Part shown: one piece after another, positions 31,299 through 42,177 of the stretch
Layout of the letters: every line of letters begins with the position of its first letter
Position numbering within the stretch: the stretch's first letter is position 1
IMG/VR virus record: IMGVR_UViG_3300028797_000093
Strand: one strand, 5' to 3'
Source of the DNA: a virus
Taxonomy: Duplodnaviria; Caudoviricetes
Length of the DNA: 64,000 nucleotides
Program-made: the position numbers and the translations under genes
Notes under the pieces: generated by a model
Database searches by the model: none
Told to the model about the DNA's origin: nothing
What the model saw: the letters and a program-made list of their open reading frames with translations, nothing else

Positions 31299-31831
31299 CT
31301 GATATCATCCCTCACTCTCATAAGAACTTGTCCTAAAAGATTCTGTCCCCATTTATCAAACTCTTTACAAATAAACTCAGAGGATTCTTTACTATAACCA
31401 ATACCCCAGATTCTATCATAAGGAGAGCACTCTACTAATACATATTCTTTAGTGTCAATAAGTTTCTGTTTAATATCACTATTTCTCTCATCAGTAAACT
31501 TAGCTTTAATAACTTCAGTATATATAGCTCTCTTATTGAGATCCCAAATACTTGAATCGAAATTCTTAACAGTTCTTCCTAGATTCTTAGCCACTTTAGG
31601 ATAATCTGTTATCATAATCTTATTAGCAGTTTCTATATCATTAAATAGCATTGCTTTAAAGAAATGAACAGCATGTTCTGATGTCTTAAATTCATAAGAT
31701 TTAACACCATCTTCATTCATATAAGATACAGTAAAAGGACTATAATAAAAATTGCTGAGAAAACCATATTCTTCATTTTCTCTAAAGAATCCAATGAAGT
31801 TTTGCTCTTCTCTATAACCTGATTCAATCAT
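31295..31831 (-). CDS. NADAR (YbiA-like) family protein
   Basis: FLSNFY, TSEH...KAMLFND, AKNLGRTVKNFD, LVECSPYDRIWGIG, GQNLLGQVLMRVR. Confidence 0.92.
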   Translation of the reverse strand: MIESGYREEQNFIGFFRENEEYGFLSNFYYSPFTVSYMNEDGVKSYEFKTSEHAVHFFKAMLFNDIETANKIMITDYPKVAKNLGRTVKNFDSSIWDLNKRAIYTEVIKAKFTDERNSDIKQKLIDTKEYVLVECSPYDRIWGIGYSKESSEFICKEFDKWGQNLLGQVLMRVRDDIR

Positions 31832-31906
31832 TATATTAAACCTCCTATCATAAGAATATAGAGATAGTAGAGTAAATTCTACTATCTCTATTATATATAA
31901 TTATTT

Positions 31907-33676
31907 TTACTTATTGATAAAGTCTACATATACGTTATGTGCAGGAGAAGGAACGATAAACTGATTAGTTGTGAACATAAGACCAACAATCTTCACAACA
32001 GAATCCAAGATAATCATATCAGATTCAATGGAAGACTTAGCAGTACCATCACACTTACCAGTTCTCAGATTGAAAGGTTTATCATTCTCTTTGAGCATCT
32101 TCTCAGCCATATCTTTATCCCATCCATTCATACTCTTTTCATAGAGTCTGATAATGAGATTATGATATGCATTATAGATTACTTTAAGAACATCCTTATC
32201 AATTGTATATCCTTCTGTATAAGTTTTCTCTTCATTATCTTTGATCATATTTAGGGATACATCATATGCTTCATAGTTAGCAGCTCTACCAACACCATTG
32301 ATAGCTGCAGATCTGGTATTGAGAACACTATCTTCTACAAGATCTCTAGCAGCATCCCTATCAGCAGGAGTAATACCACCAACTAAATATTCTACCATAT
32401 TACCCTTAAGAGAATTTAATCTCCTCTTAAGATTACCGGTAATACTAATACCATCGCCTTCAGATTTAGATTTCTTAATCTCAGACTCCAAGAAGGTGAT
32501 TAATGACTTATATAGTTCGCTATAACTTCCATCTTCATTCTTCATCATATCAGGATTGATGAACTTAGTCTTATTATTATCAATAACTACCTGCTCTGCA
32601 TGTCCACACCATTCAGCAATATTATCCAGAGTAGGAGCTCTTCCATTCTCTATATCATTCTTCTGAATATTAGGATCAATATACTTTCTAATAGTCTTAC
32701 CACCACAAAGATTGGCAATATCATAGAAAGTTTCCATATCACTTACATCATTAACAATACACAGAGGAGGTCTCTGTGCTGCAGGAACTTTACTAAACTC
32801 AGTTACTACTGTATTCATGAATGCACTGAGATCTTTAGAGATATGAGGTGCAACAATTATAGTATTAACAACAGGCAGAGGCTGTTTTTGCATACCAGTA
32901 TTTTTATCTTTAATTACAACTTGGAGAGGATTGAAAATATTCATAAAAATAATCCTATCCAAGAAATTAGCCATCTCTGGAGTATCAATAGGATCTTCAA
33001 AGAAATAGATATGAGCATCTCTAATATCACAGATATTCTTCTCAGAATTATTGATATAGCAACTATCTGAAAAACCATTATTAAGAGTAAGACCATCATA
33101 AATCTTAAGCTTGTTCTCAGGTCCATCAGAAATAGATACATCAATAAATACATCATTACCAAACTGCTCATAAATATTCTTGATATTAGCAGAGATTTCT
33201 TCATTACCATCACTGGAGATCATAGCAATATCATAGAAGTCTTTAAGTTCAGCAGGTTTTGCGTTCTTTTTGATTCCTTCTTTAATTTCTTCTACTACTC
33301 TCTTCAGAGAAGCTAGTACAGCAGAAGGATGATAATTCTCAAATACACCCTTATTGAGTTCTTGGAAGATATAGTTAGAAAGAAGTACAGCAGAAGTTGT
33401 ACCGTCACCTACAGTGGTGACAATATAACGAGTAATCCCTTCAATATCGTCTTTGATAGACTGCTCAATAATACCATGGTAATAAATACTCTTTAGAATA
33501 TTATAACCATCCTTGGTATATACAGGAAGAGCATTCTCTTTTTTGATACATGTAGTAGAACCATTAGGCCCAAAAGAATTAGATAGAACATCTGCTAAGT
33601 TCTCCAGAACAGCAGACTGTACTTCTCTCAATTCTTTAGCCGGTACTACATTAGATGCATATGTTAAAGTGGACAT
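31907..33676 (-). CDS. groEL: phage chaperonin (GroEL-like)
   Basis: SFGPNG, TKDG, VGDGTTSA, DLVEDSVLNTRSA. Confidence 0.92.
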   Translation of the reverse strand: MSTLTYASNVVPAKELREVQSAVLENLADVLSNSFGPNGSTTCIKKENALPVYTKDGYNILKSIYYHGIIEQSIKDDIEGITRYIVTTVGDGTTSAVLLSNYIFQELNKGVFENYHPSAVLASLKRVVEEIKEGIKKNAKPAELKDFYDIAMISSDGNEEISANIKNIYEQFGNDVFIDVSISDGPENKLKIYDGLTLNNGFSDSCYINNSEKNICDIRDAHIYFFEDPIDTPEMANFLDRIIFMNIFNPLQVVIKDKNTGMQKQPLPVVNTIIVAPHISKDLSAFMNTVVTEFSKVPAAQRPPLCIVNDVSDMETFYDIANLCGGKTIRKYIDPNIQKNDIENGRAPTLDNIAEWCGHAEQVVIDNNKTKFINPDMMKNEDGSYSELYKSLITFLESEIKKSKSEGDGISITGNLKRRLNSLKGNMVEYLVGGITPADRDAARDLVEDSVLNTRSAAINGVGRAANYEAYDVSLNMIKDNEEKTYTEGYTIDKDVLKVIYNAYHNLIIRLYEKSMNGWDKDMAEKMLKENDKPFNLRTGKCDGTAKSSIESDMIILDSVVKIVGLMFTTNQFIVPSPAHNVYVDFINK

Positions 33677-33693
33677 ATGTTTACCTCCTATGA

Positions 33694-34416
33694 TTATTCT
33701 TTTATATTCATATCTTTATAAGCATTACAAATTTGGCAATTATTAGTATCACCAATATTGATGATAACTTGAGGTTTTAGTAAGAGCATATCTTTATCTT
33801 TATTATAGAATAGATTTTCTCTATAATTAAGAATTAGAAAACTCTTAGTTACTGGATCGTTGAATTTAAGAGCTAGATCTATATCATCCAATACAAATCT
33901 AGCATAATCTTTAGGATTAATATTCTCTATAGTATCTACAAATATAGATACTTGAGAACTATCTATTCTTAATGCATTCTCTGCAAAGTTTTTCTCTGTT
34001 TCATTTCTACAAAGTATAGAGCAACGTATATCTTTTCCTATAGTAGTATATGCATGTATTAGAGTAGACATTAATGTAACTGGAGATATCTCCAATAGAG
34101 TTATATACTTAGTTGTATCATTTACTATTTCATTATAGATATTATAAGCAGATTCTTGAGTCTCTGAAGAGAAGCAAGCTTTTATAATATCTATATCTTC
34201 ATATACATGTATTTTCTTTAACTCATCTACAGACTTACCTGTAAAATCGGTATTAATATATGGAGATCCATAATAGAATCTATCCATAAACTTTACAAAT
34301 CCAATCTTAGTATCTACTAATGAAGTAAATAGAAACAATATTCTATTAAATCCACTGGCATTATGATGAAATTCAGATTGACCTATAGGTCTCCATTGTA
34401 TACTATTCTCATCCAT
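33694..34416 (-). CDS. hypothetical protein
   Basis: 240-aa ORF, GAGG RBS. Confidence 0.65.
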   Translation of the reverse strand: MDENSIQWRPIGQSEFHHNASGFNRILFLFTSLVDTKIGFVKFMDRFYYGSPYINTDFTGKSVDELKKIHVYEDIDIIKACFSSETQESAYNIYNEIVNDTTKYITLLEISPVTLMSTLIHAYTTIGKDIRCSILCRNETEKNFAENALRIDSSQVSIFVDTIENINPKDYARFVLDDIDLALKFNDPVTKSFLILNYRENLFYNKDKDMLLLKPQVIINIGDTNNCQICNAYKDMNIKE

Positions 34417-34506
34417 AATGGATTACCTCTCTTAATAAAAAATAAAAGGAGTGTGCTAATAAATAGAACACTCCTTTTATTATATGGTAAAAGTCCCTTC
34501 TATAAG

Positions 34507-35361
34507 TTAATCTAGAAGACCATCATCAATGTCATCTAGACTACTTAACTGATTATACTTATTAGCTCCTTCAAGAGCAGAGGAAGTGTTTCCTCCATTA
34601 TTATTATATCCATTATTACTACTGCTATTTCTACCATTGTTGTCAAAGAAAGATCCTGTTGATCTCTGGGATCTACCAGTATATTCAACACCTAGTTTAT
34701 TCATAATAGCATCAATCTTATTATTCATAGTATTCTCTCTATACTCATTTGCTTTACCAGCAGCTGCTGCATATGCATATGTAGAAGCATTGATAAAATT
34801 CTCCAGCATACAAAGAAGCTGCTCAATTTCCAGATTTCTATAAGAATCGAAATCTTTATCAAATCCTCTGATTTCATTATCACTAGCATCAAGATTAGTG
34901 ATAGCATAATGATAATCTATCTTGAACTCATAAGCATAAGTCTTCTGTACAGTTCCATCAGTTTGATCAATCTGACGAATAATCAAACAGGGATTAGTAG
35001 TACCATGTTGAGCTCCATTATTAAGAGTAACAACACCCTTAGTAGTATTTACACCACTGTTATTATATTTAACAGGGTCTTTCAGGAAGTTCTTAATTAC
35101 ATTAGCAAAGATTCTAGCCTTATCTGGAGTCAGAAAGATAACAGCAGAATCCATATCATCGAATACAATCTCATTATTTCCAGTATCTTTTCTATTAGTA
35201 ATCTTAATCTTTATCGTACTATTCCAATACTCATAGCTAATTCTAGTTTTATCAACAGTACTATCAGGATTAATGTATTTAATTGGAGTATAGGTAGTAC
35301 GACCTTTGTTTTGCTGTTGATTGTTGTTTCCTACGTTAAAATTGCTTCCGTTATAGGCCAT
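34507..35361 (-). CDS. putative single-stranded DNA-binding protein
   Basis: Beta-rich core, N/G/S-rich linker, acidic tail DDIDDGLLD. Confidence 0.5.
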   Translation of the reverse strand: MAYNGSNFNVGNNNQQQNKGRTTYTPIKYINPDSTVDKTRISYEYWNSTIKIKITNRKDTGNNEIVFDDMDSAVIFLTPDKARIFANVIKNFLKDPVKYNNSGVNTTKGVVTLNNGAQHGTTNPCLIIRQIDQTDGTVQKTYAYEFKIDYHYAITNLDASDNEIRGFDKDFDSYRNLEIEQLLCMLENFINASTYAYAAAAGKANEYRENTMNNKIDAIMNKLGVEYTGRSQRSTGSFFDNNGRNSSSNNGYNNNGGNTSSALEGANKYNQLSSLDDIDDGLLD

Positions 35362-35497
35362 GCGAATAATCTCCTTTTTATATACAAAATATTTTTCATT
35401 CGCTATTAATTAGTTATAGTATGTATAAAATGATATTATTCAACTATTATTTAATTTAATTACCTAAAAACACTAGAATAAAGGAAGGTGAAATATA

Positions 35498-36115
35498 ATG
35501 GATGAGAATTATTCCTATATATATCCCACTATAGCTATTTGTATAGAAGATATTGATAGACTTGCAGGTAAAGAATATAAGTTTACAATCCCTTCTATTA
35601 ATTTTAATAAAAGCTCTTCAAGTGAAGATAAATCAGAAGAGAAGAATCAAGGTATTACCAATATTGCCAATGAAGATAATGTAAGTATTGGTAAAGTAGA
35701 GATTAATAACTATTTTATGATATATGTTCCAAATGAACTTATAGCTACTACTTATACGACTGTTGGTATGGATGGTACCCTTATAGGTGAAGGTCATAAT
35801 TATAGTGATATAAATTTTAAATCTGTGCAAAGTGGTAGTGGTAATGTAAATACAAAAATAGTAATTCCACCACATCCTATTTCATCATATACTATTACCA
35901 GTTTTATTATGAGTTTATTTAAAATTGGTAGTGGTAATATGAAGGGTATTAAACAAAATTATGATAGTTATAAAATCCATGCTAAAACTCCATCTTCTAA
36001 TCATGATATGAGTGTAATGCCATATGATAGATATATACCTAAAGGATCTAAATGGATTGTAGTATTTATAGATGGAGATCCTACTAAACCTGCTATTGTA
36101 GCAAGATATAGATAA
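35498..36115 (+). CDS. putative baseplate spike/hub protein (gp5/gpV OB-fold-like)
   Basis: IPKGSKWIVVFIDGDPTKPAIV matches the PxxGxxVxVxFxxGDxxxP signature; late promoter at 35469. Confidence 0.5.
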   Translation: MDENYSYIYPTIAICIEDIDRLAGKEYKFTIPSINFNKSSSSEDKSEEKNQGITNIANEDNVSIGKVEINNYFMIYVPNELIATTYTTVGMDGTLIGEGHNYSDINFKSVQSGSGNVNTKIVIPPHPISSYTITSFIMSLFKIGSGNMKGIKQNYDSYKIHAKTPSSNHDMSVMPYDRYIPKGSKWIVVFIDGDPTKPAIVARYR

Positions 36116-36142
36116 ATAAAAAGGATAAGGCCAATTAAGGCC

Positions 36143-36391
36143 TTATCCATTATATTTAGTATTCATAATAAATCTAATATAATTATCTATAGTATTCATA
36201 TACTTATCTCTGGAATCTATCTTAATATGATCAAACTCATAAAATTCTGATTGAGTGTAGAGTTCTTTGTTCTCTTTTATGATATATAATGGATTATCCA
36301 TTACGTCTATAGCTTTTATTTTATCCATTTGATTGGTTCTAATCATTTTAAATATAATAGTATCATAAGTATATTGAGCAAAGCCAGTCAT
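36143..36391 (-). CDS. hypothetical protein
   Basis: 82 aa, AAGGGG RBS. Confidence 0.5.
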   Translation of the reverse strand: MTGFAQYTYDTIIFKMIRTNQMDKIKAIDVMDNPLYIIKENKELYTQSEFYEFDHIKIDSRDKYMNTIDNYIRFIMNTKYNG

Positions 36392-36436
36392 AAATATCCC
36401 CTTTTATTTATATTAAATTTTTATTATTAAAATGTA

Positions 36437-36540
36437 ATAAAGTGAATAGGTTACTAAAACTAGTAACCTATTCCTGGCTGTTCAAAAGAGAGGAAGCAAA
36501 TCTGAGAGGTACAGCATGTCAACTACCAAATTCAAAACCT
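36437..36540 (-). ncRNA. candidate small RNA
   Basis: Exact AACA-N6-TA promoter (36540-36551), no RBS-led ORF, CU-rich tracts, terminal hairpin 36444-36473. Confidence 0.45.
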
Positions 36541-36611
36541 ACTAATATGTTATAGAGTTCAACATTATTATTAAAAAATAATTTTACACATTTATGGGAG
36601 GATTTTAATAT

Positions 36612-37574
36612 ATGTTTAATAGTGATCTAATTGATCCACTGGAGATTGTGGATGTAGAGTATGAGGAAATTCCTAATACTACTAAAGATATGTTTGGAAT
36701 GGACTTTAGCTTCTTCCAAACAGACAAAGCAAAAATTACTCCAGCTGATGATGGAGTAACTAGTGCTGATAAACCTAAGAGAAAATATACCAAAAAAGAA
36801 AAAGATGGAACTATTACAGTTGCTGAAGTTCTTGATGCAAATGCTCCTGTAAGGAGTCAGTATGATGCAGCATTTGAAGATACTAATGTAGAACTTAGAA
36901 AAGCTATTGCCCAAACTGATATTCTTATTAATGAAATTAAAGAAGATATTGATAAGATAAGAGCAAGTTCTACTATTAAGAATAAGTATACATATACTAC
37001 TAATCTTACCACTAGTCAGAGTAATCTGATTGCTACTAAGATTCAAGCTATCAGAGAGCTCAATAATAGTAAAACAACTGCTCTTAAGATGGATCTTGAT
37101 AGGCAGAAACTCTTTAAAGAAGATGCCAGTAAACAGGACGATAATATGCGTATCATGGATCTATATAACGCATTTGTTAATGCTCCTGTTGGTGCATATA
37201 ATCCAAATCCAATGCCCAGTATGATTGATCTAACAGCATCTGCTACAGGTGGTGCTGGTGGTGATATTAAGTTTATGGGTGTTGATATTGATACAGATGA
37301 TCCTAAGATGCTGTCTCAACAGCAAATCACTATGAGAGCATCTGAAGATAGAAATCTTAAAACTGTAGTAAGATATAATGCAGAAACAGGTGCTAGAGTT
37401 TTTGATGTAGTAAATGTTCAAACTGGTGAATCTGTAGCAGGTGTTGAAAGACCTGATAGTTTCCTATTACAGGATACTACTCTAGATATTCAAAATAGAA
37501 TAGCAAAGAATAGAAATATTGGAGCTAATTGGGAACTAATTATTGAAGGAAACACTGCTCTAGATGAATATTAA
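36612..37574 (+). CDS. hypothetical protein with coiled coil
   Basis: 320 aa, GGGAGG RBS, terminator 37580-37606. Confidence 0.7.
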   Translation: MFNSDLIDPLEIVDVEYEEIPNTTKDMFGMDFSFFQTDKAKITPADDGVTSADKPKRKYTKKEKDGTITVAEVLDANAPVRSQYDAAFEDTNVELRKAIAQTDILINEIKEDIDKIRASSTIKNKYTYTTNLTTSQSNLIATKIQAIRELNNSKTTALKMDLDRQKLFKEDASKQDDNMRIMDLYNAFVNAPVGAYNPNPMPSMIDLTASATGGAGGDIKFMGVDIDTDDPKMLSQQQITMRASEDRNLKTVVRYNAETGARVFDVVNVQTGESVAGVERPDSFLLQDTTLDIQNRIAKNRNIGANWELIIEGNTALDEY

Positions 37575-37620
37575 TAATAGCTGTGCTCTCATCTTGGGAG
37601 CACAGCCTATTTTTTCTTTT

Positions 37621-38580
37621 TATTGTGATTATTTTACTCAACGTAGTGGTACAAATTATAGTCTTCGTGGTGGTGGATCTAATGATGGTGCTATTTGTGG
37701 AATTTTCTATATTGTTATTTACTACAGCTCCAGTGCTGCTAGTTGGCGTTCTGGCGCCTCCCTATCATTTAAACTATATATATTATTTTTATCAAAGTAG
37801 TGGTGCTCATTATTCTTATCGTGGTGGTAGCTCTGGTTATGGCTTTGCTTGTGGTTTCGCTTGTGTTGTTCTCGTTGCTGCATTTTCTGCTAGCTCTTGG
37901 GGCATTGGCGCTGCCCTATCATTTAAATAAGATAGTTATTATTGTGATTATTTTGGTCAAAGTAGTGGTGCTCATTATGTTCGTCGTGGCGGTCGCTGTA
38001 CTAATGGTTTCAATTGTGGTTTCGCTTATATTAGCCTTGGTGACGGCTTCGGAACGGCCAACTGGTACACAGGCGCCTCCCTATCATTTAAACCATATGT
38101 TTTTCTTTTTATTGTGATTATTTTACTCAAAGTAATGGTACCAGGTATTCTCTTCGTGGCGGTGCCTGTAGTTTTGGTTTTTATTGTGGTATTTTCTATG
38201 TTTACCTCGGCAGTAGCTCTGGTGCCGGCTGGAGCATTGGCGCTACCATATCATTTAAACCGGTCTTTTTTATTGTGATTATTTTGTTCAAAGTAGTGGT
38301 GCTCATTATTCTTATCGTGGTGGTAACTGTGCCCATGGTCTTAATTGTGGCATTTTCTATGTTAATGAATCGGCTGCTGCTAGCAATACCAACTGGTATC
38401 GTGGTGCCGCCCTATCATTTAAACCAATAAGTGATTATTTTTATCAAAGTAGTGGTACTCACTATAGTCTTCGTGGTGGTGCCTCTAGTAATGGCTTCTA
38501 TTGTGGCGTTTTCTTTGTTATTCTCAGCGCCGGCTCTGGTTATGCCAGCTGGTACATTGGCGCCGCCCTATCATTTAAAC
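37621..38580 (+). repeat. DGR variable-region-like cassette cluster 4 (6 tandem cassettes)
   Basis: TATTGTGATTATTTTnnTCAA...CGTGG(T/C)GGT...TGTGG...TGG...GG(C/T)GC...TATCATTTAAA six times, between terminators at 37580-37606 and 38589-38620. Confidence 0.9.
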
Positions 38581-38629
38581 AAAAAAAAATAAAGGATTGG
38601 AGATTAGTCCAATCCTTTATTTATATTTT

Positions 38630-39091
38630 TTAGATAAGAGCTCTATATCCTTTTATAGATTCAGTATCATCTGGATCTACAGCTCCAGAGCAGAAAGTAT
38701 ATAATTGTCCTTTCTTATTATGTACCATAAAATACCACATACCAAGAGGATTCTTATACATCTCTTTCCAGAATTCTTCCAATTCATCAATTGTATCAAA
38801 TGTATAGTAATCTTTTATTCTGCTACAATCTGTATAATTGTCTGTAAATGTAAAGAACCAATCTTCACATGAAGTATCTTTTGCTTCATCGCTATCATCA
38901 GCAAATGCTATTAAGTATTTAAAATTATTATTAGAAAGAGTATAATCTATATCAGATTCTAGTGGACAATTACGATAATATTTTGTCACTAGTTTCTTCA
39001 TTCCATATAAATCAGTTTCAATACTAGTTTCAGGAGTTAATACAACACCTTTACCATAACAACAGTTCTTACATTTATAACTTTTCAACAA
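38630..39091 (-). CDS. hypothetical protein
   Basis: 153 aa, GGGAGG RBS, TTG start. Confidence 0.6.
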   Translation of the reverse strand: MLKSYKCKNCCYGKGVVLTPETSIETDLYGMKKLVTKYYRNCPLESDIDYTLSNNNFKYLIAFADDSDEAKDTSCEDWFFTFTDNYTDCSRIKDYYTFDTIDELEEFWKEMYKNPLGMWYFMVHNKKGQLYTFCSGAVDPDDTESIKGYRALI

Positions 39092-39100
39092 TATCCTCCC

Positions 39101-39803
39101 TTATACATGTATCATATTACTATAGTTATTATTTACATTACCTCTAAAGATACCAATAGACTCTAGAGGGAATAGTGATACACAATCATTTATAATACTC
39201 TTATAATCAACAAATGGTAAAATCCATTTAGGAACTTCTTCAGATTCTGGTAGAGCCATAGCATCTATAGACCCAGCATAATCTTTAGTCCCCATAAGAT
39301 TAACCATCTTCATATATACTTCAGGATAAGTATCCTTGATAGCATCTACATTCTTTAGAGTAATATTAGTCTTAATAATATCTATAGTATTTCTTTGTTC
39401 CAGATTGATAGTACTCATACTATCATCTTTAATACTATTATAAGCTAAAGAAGATTTAATCCCTTGTATCCTCATAGGATCATCATAAGCTGCTAAAGAC
39501 TTAATCCTAGCAGGCTTATAGAACTTCTTTTCTCCATTCTGAATACTATCAAATATACCTTTCTCTACAATAGCTATATCTTTCAATACCTTAACTTGAT
39601 CAATCTCATCAGAGTTAAGAATATCTTCTAGCAATATAGTTTTAAGTTGTTCTCTTGTAGTAGCATTAGTAGTCGTTTTAACAAAACAAGGAATACCTTT
39701 AATATCTAATGCTTTTTCTCCTGGTACTATATTACCTTCTTGAAGTAATTGATAAGATGCATAATTCTTTTTAGCATTCTCCAGCAATAGTAACTTCTTA
39801 AAC
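39101..39803 (-). CDS. family B DNA polymerase catalytic subunit, exon 2
   Basis: After splicing reads ...MKNEFL/FKKLLLLENAKKNYASYQ (KKxY motif), DIKGI. Confidence 0.85.
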
Positions 39804-40198
39804 CGCTTGTTCCCTATATTTTCATATAAGGGCAGACTATATCTTCATCTTAGTATCTGTTACCAATATCTAAGATGCCTCCCATTTCGAGATAACTATT
39901 ATAAAGATATCTCTACTCTACTCGGTTCTCATATATAGTATTTCTCTATATATTACCCTTTCGATAGTCGTTGAACCTGCTGTGTTATTTACACAGATTG
40001 GCTGCTGATTGCCCATTGATAATAGGTTTTAGGATTTCTCCATAACCCATCTCTCTACTTGTTTCTGCTTTTCAGCTCCATATAGGCTAGAGAGCTTTAG
40101 GGTGTCCCAGCAATTAAGGAGGTTTACATTCTAATGTCACCATTAGAAGTCCCAATATTCAAATTCAATGTTCTAATCGCATTGAATTGAATGCTTCT
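39804..40198 (-). ncRNA. group I intron (395 nt, no homing endonuclease)
   Basis: P AATTGCTGGGA, Q AATCAGCAG, R GTTCAACGACTA, S AAGATATAGTC; 5' exon ends in U, intron ends in G; removal restores the frame (CT+G = Leu). Confidence 0.92.
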
Positions 40199-41556
40199 AG
40201 GAACTCGTTTTTCATATACATGAAGCAACTATGATTTTCTGGATTATAGCTATTACTATTCATGCTATATCTGATCATAAAATCATTAGTTATTTCTGTA
40301 ATTACATAACAGATTATATTTATAATAGAATATTTAAGATTATCTTGTGGAACAATCTTATTAGGAGTTATAGCTCTATCAATCTCTATAACTTCATCAT
40401 GCTCGAAATCATAATCTTTAGTATATATTTTAGTAACTTCATCTGTATCCATATTGAGTTCCATCTCCATGATAGGATACTCAAGTCCAGAATTCAGTAC
40501 TTTATCTAGAATAAATCTATACCAACCATCAAGAGATAGAATACAAGAATCAGTATCATTAATAAGTGCTACACTTCTAATAAGAGACTCCATCTTCTCT
40601 GTTCTATCTATATGCTGATGATCATAATATACATATTCTCTTAATAGATTAGAGAATACTTTAAGCTCTTCTTTAATTTCATCTGGTACTTTATTAGGAT
40701 TTACAAAAGGAGCACTAAGTTTCTGTAAAATATAGAGAATAGATCTCAATACTTTACTATTTCTCTCTATAAAAGCAAATAGGTTATTCTTATAATAAAG
40801 TCTATTAAGATCTGTAGGAGATAGACCTGTAAGAATATTCCAAATGATCTGTAGATCTTTCTCATCAGGAAGATATCCAAATCCTATAGATTTTACTATA
40901 TGATAGAAAGTATCATCTATAGATACATCTCCATCAAGAATCTCATAATCAGAGAAGTATCTCTCTTCAGTAATTACATGATTAATGAAAGTGATCACTT
41001 CATTAAGAGAAGAGAATGGTACATTATTATTCAGGAAAGATTCAAACAATAGAGTTGCAGAAGATATAAGATTTCTACCTTCAGTAGTAATAGAAGTCGC
41101 TACGTGAAGATTATAATAGATACAAGAGAACTTACCCAATGCACCATAGAATGCATTAGCATCTATCTTATCCAGTAGCTGTAATAGATTATATCTCTCA
41201 AAATCTTCAGAACCTTTTTCATATTGGAACATTTGTTTCTTATGGATACTTCTATTATCCAAGAACTTCTTGACCATTTCTATAGTAGGATTTGGAACAG
41301 TACCATGCCTACTAAACATAACCCCATAATGAGTTATGATAGGTCTTCTATCATTGATATATTCTACAATATCTTTTAGAGTAGTACTGATAATTTGCTT
41401 CTTATAATTATTATTAATTCTAGCAGGATGATTGGTCTGTCTTTTATCAATAGACCAATTTATAGCTTCTTCAATTTCAGGAACTGTAAGCATCGGAAAA
41501 CTTAGTTTTAGCATTCGTCTAGATATATCTTTATAATCTCTATAAATATCTTCCAT
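40199..41556 (-). CDS. family B DNA polymerase catalytic subunit, exon 1 (spliced product 686 aa)
   Basis: Motif B QLLDKIDANAFYG, ITTEGR, motif C NDTDS; no exonuclease domain, as in the split polymerases of phiKZ-like phages. Confidence 0.85.
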
Positions 41557-41723
41557 AGTTTCCTCCCTAAGGAATATATTATTTCTTTCTCTTTTAATAT
41601 AAAGTTTTAAGATATATAAATAATCAAATATATACTATCTAGTCAAAAAGAATTTAATGACTTCATATAACAACATAAAAGTAAATATATCTAATACAAT
41701 CTATACAGGAGGATTAATATAAA

Positions 41724-42128
41724 ATGTCTATTTTTGGAAAGAAGGATGATACCATGAGTGGAAAGCTGAAGAATCCCAATGCTCTTCGTGAAGCTTATCT
41801 ATATGAATATCTAACTGCAAGAGGACAGGAGAAGAAGTTTGTAGACTCTCCAGAAGCATCTGTAATGAAGGAAGAAGGAATGATTACAGATGAACTAATT
41901 GAGAGACTTTCTGCTGCTAAAGCAAATAATAAGAATCTAGAAATGACTGTTCTTCATCTTGCTAAGGCAGAAGATGATCCTCTATTTGATCGTCTTGTAG
42001 CAGCTAGAGCTGAAGAGAGAAATATCATGAATGAACTGATTGCTAAATATCAGGAGTCTGCTGTAGAACTTACTGATAAGTATGTGGATAAGTTCCTGAA
42101 TCAGGAGCTTCCTAAAGAATTTAAATAA
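41724..42128 (+). CDS. hypothetical, probable virion protein
   Basis: 134 aa; AACA-N6-TA at 41672; terminator 42143-42169. Confidence 0.65.
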   Translation: MSIFGKKDDTMSGKLKNPNALREAYLYEYLTARGQEKKFVDSPEASVMKEEGMITDELIERLSAAKANNKNLEMTVLHLAKAEDDPLFDRLVAARAEERNIMNELIAKYQESAVELTDKYVDKFLNQELPKEFK

Positions 42129-42177
42129 AATAATAATAATATAGAGGTAGGTCTATAAAGATCTACCTCCTTCTTTT

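Noticed and set aside
36517-36528. TGTCAACTACCA as a self-target of the array unit at ~3602-3638
   Set aside because: Needs an 8-nt spacer register, flanks mismatch, and a 12-nt hit is plausible by chance given the many units and geometries.
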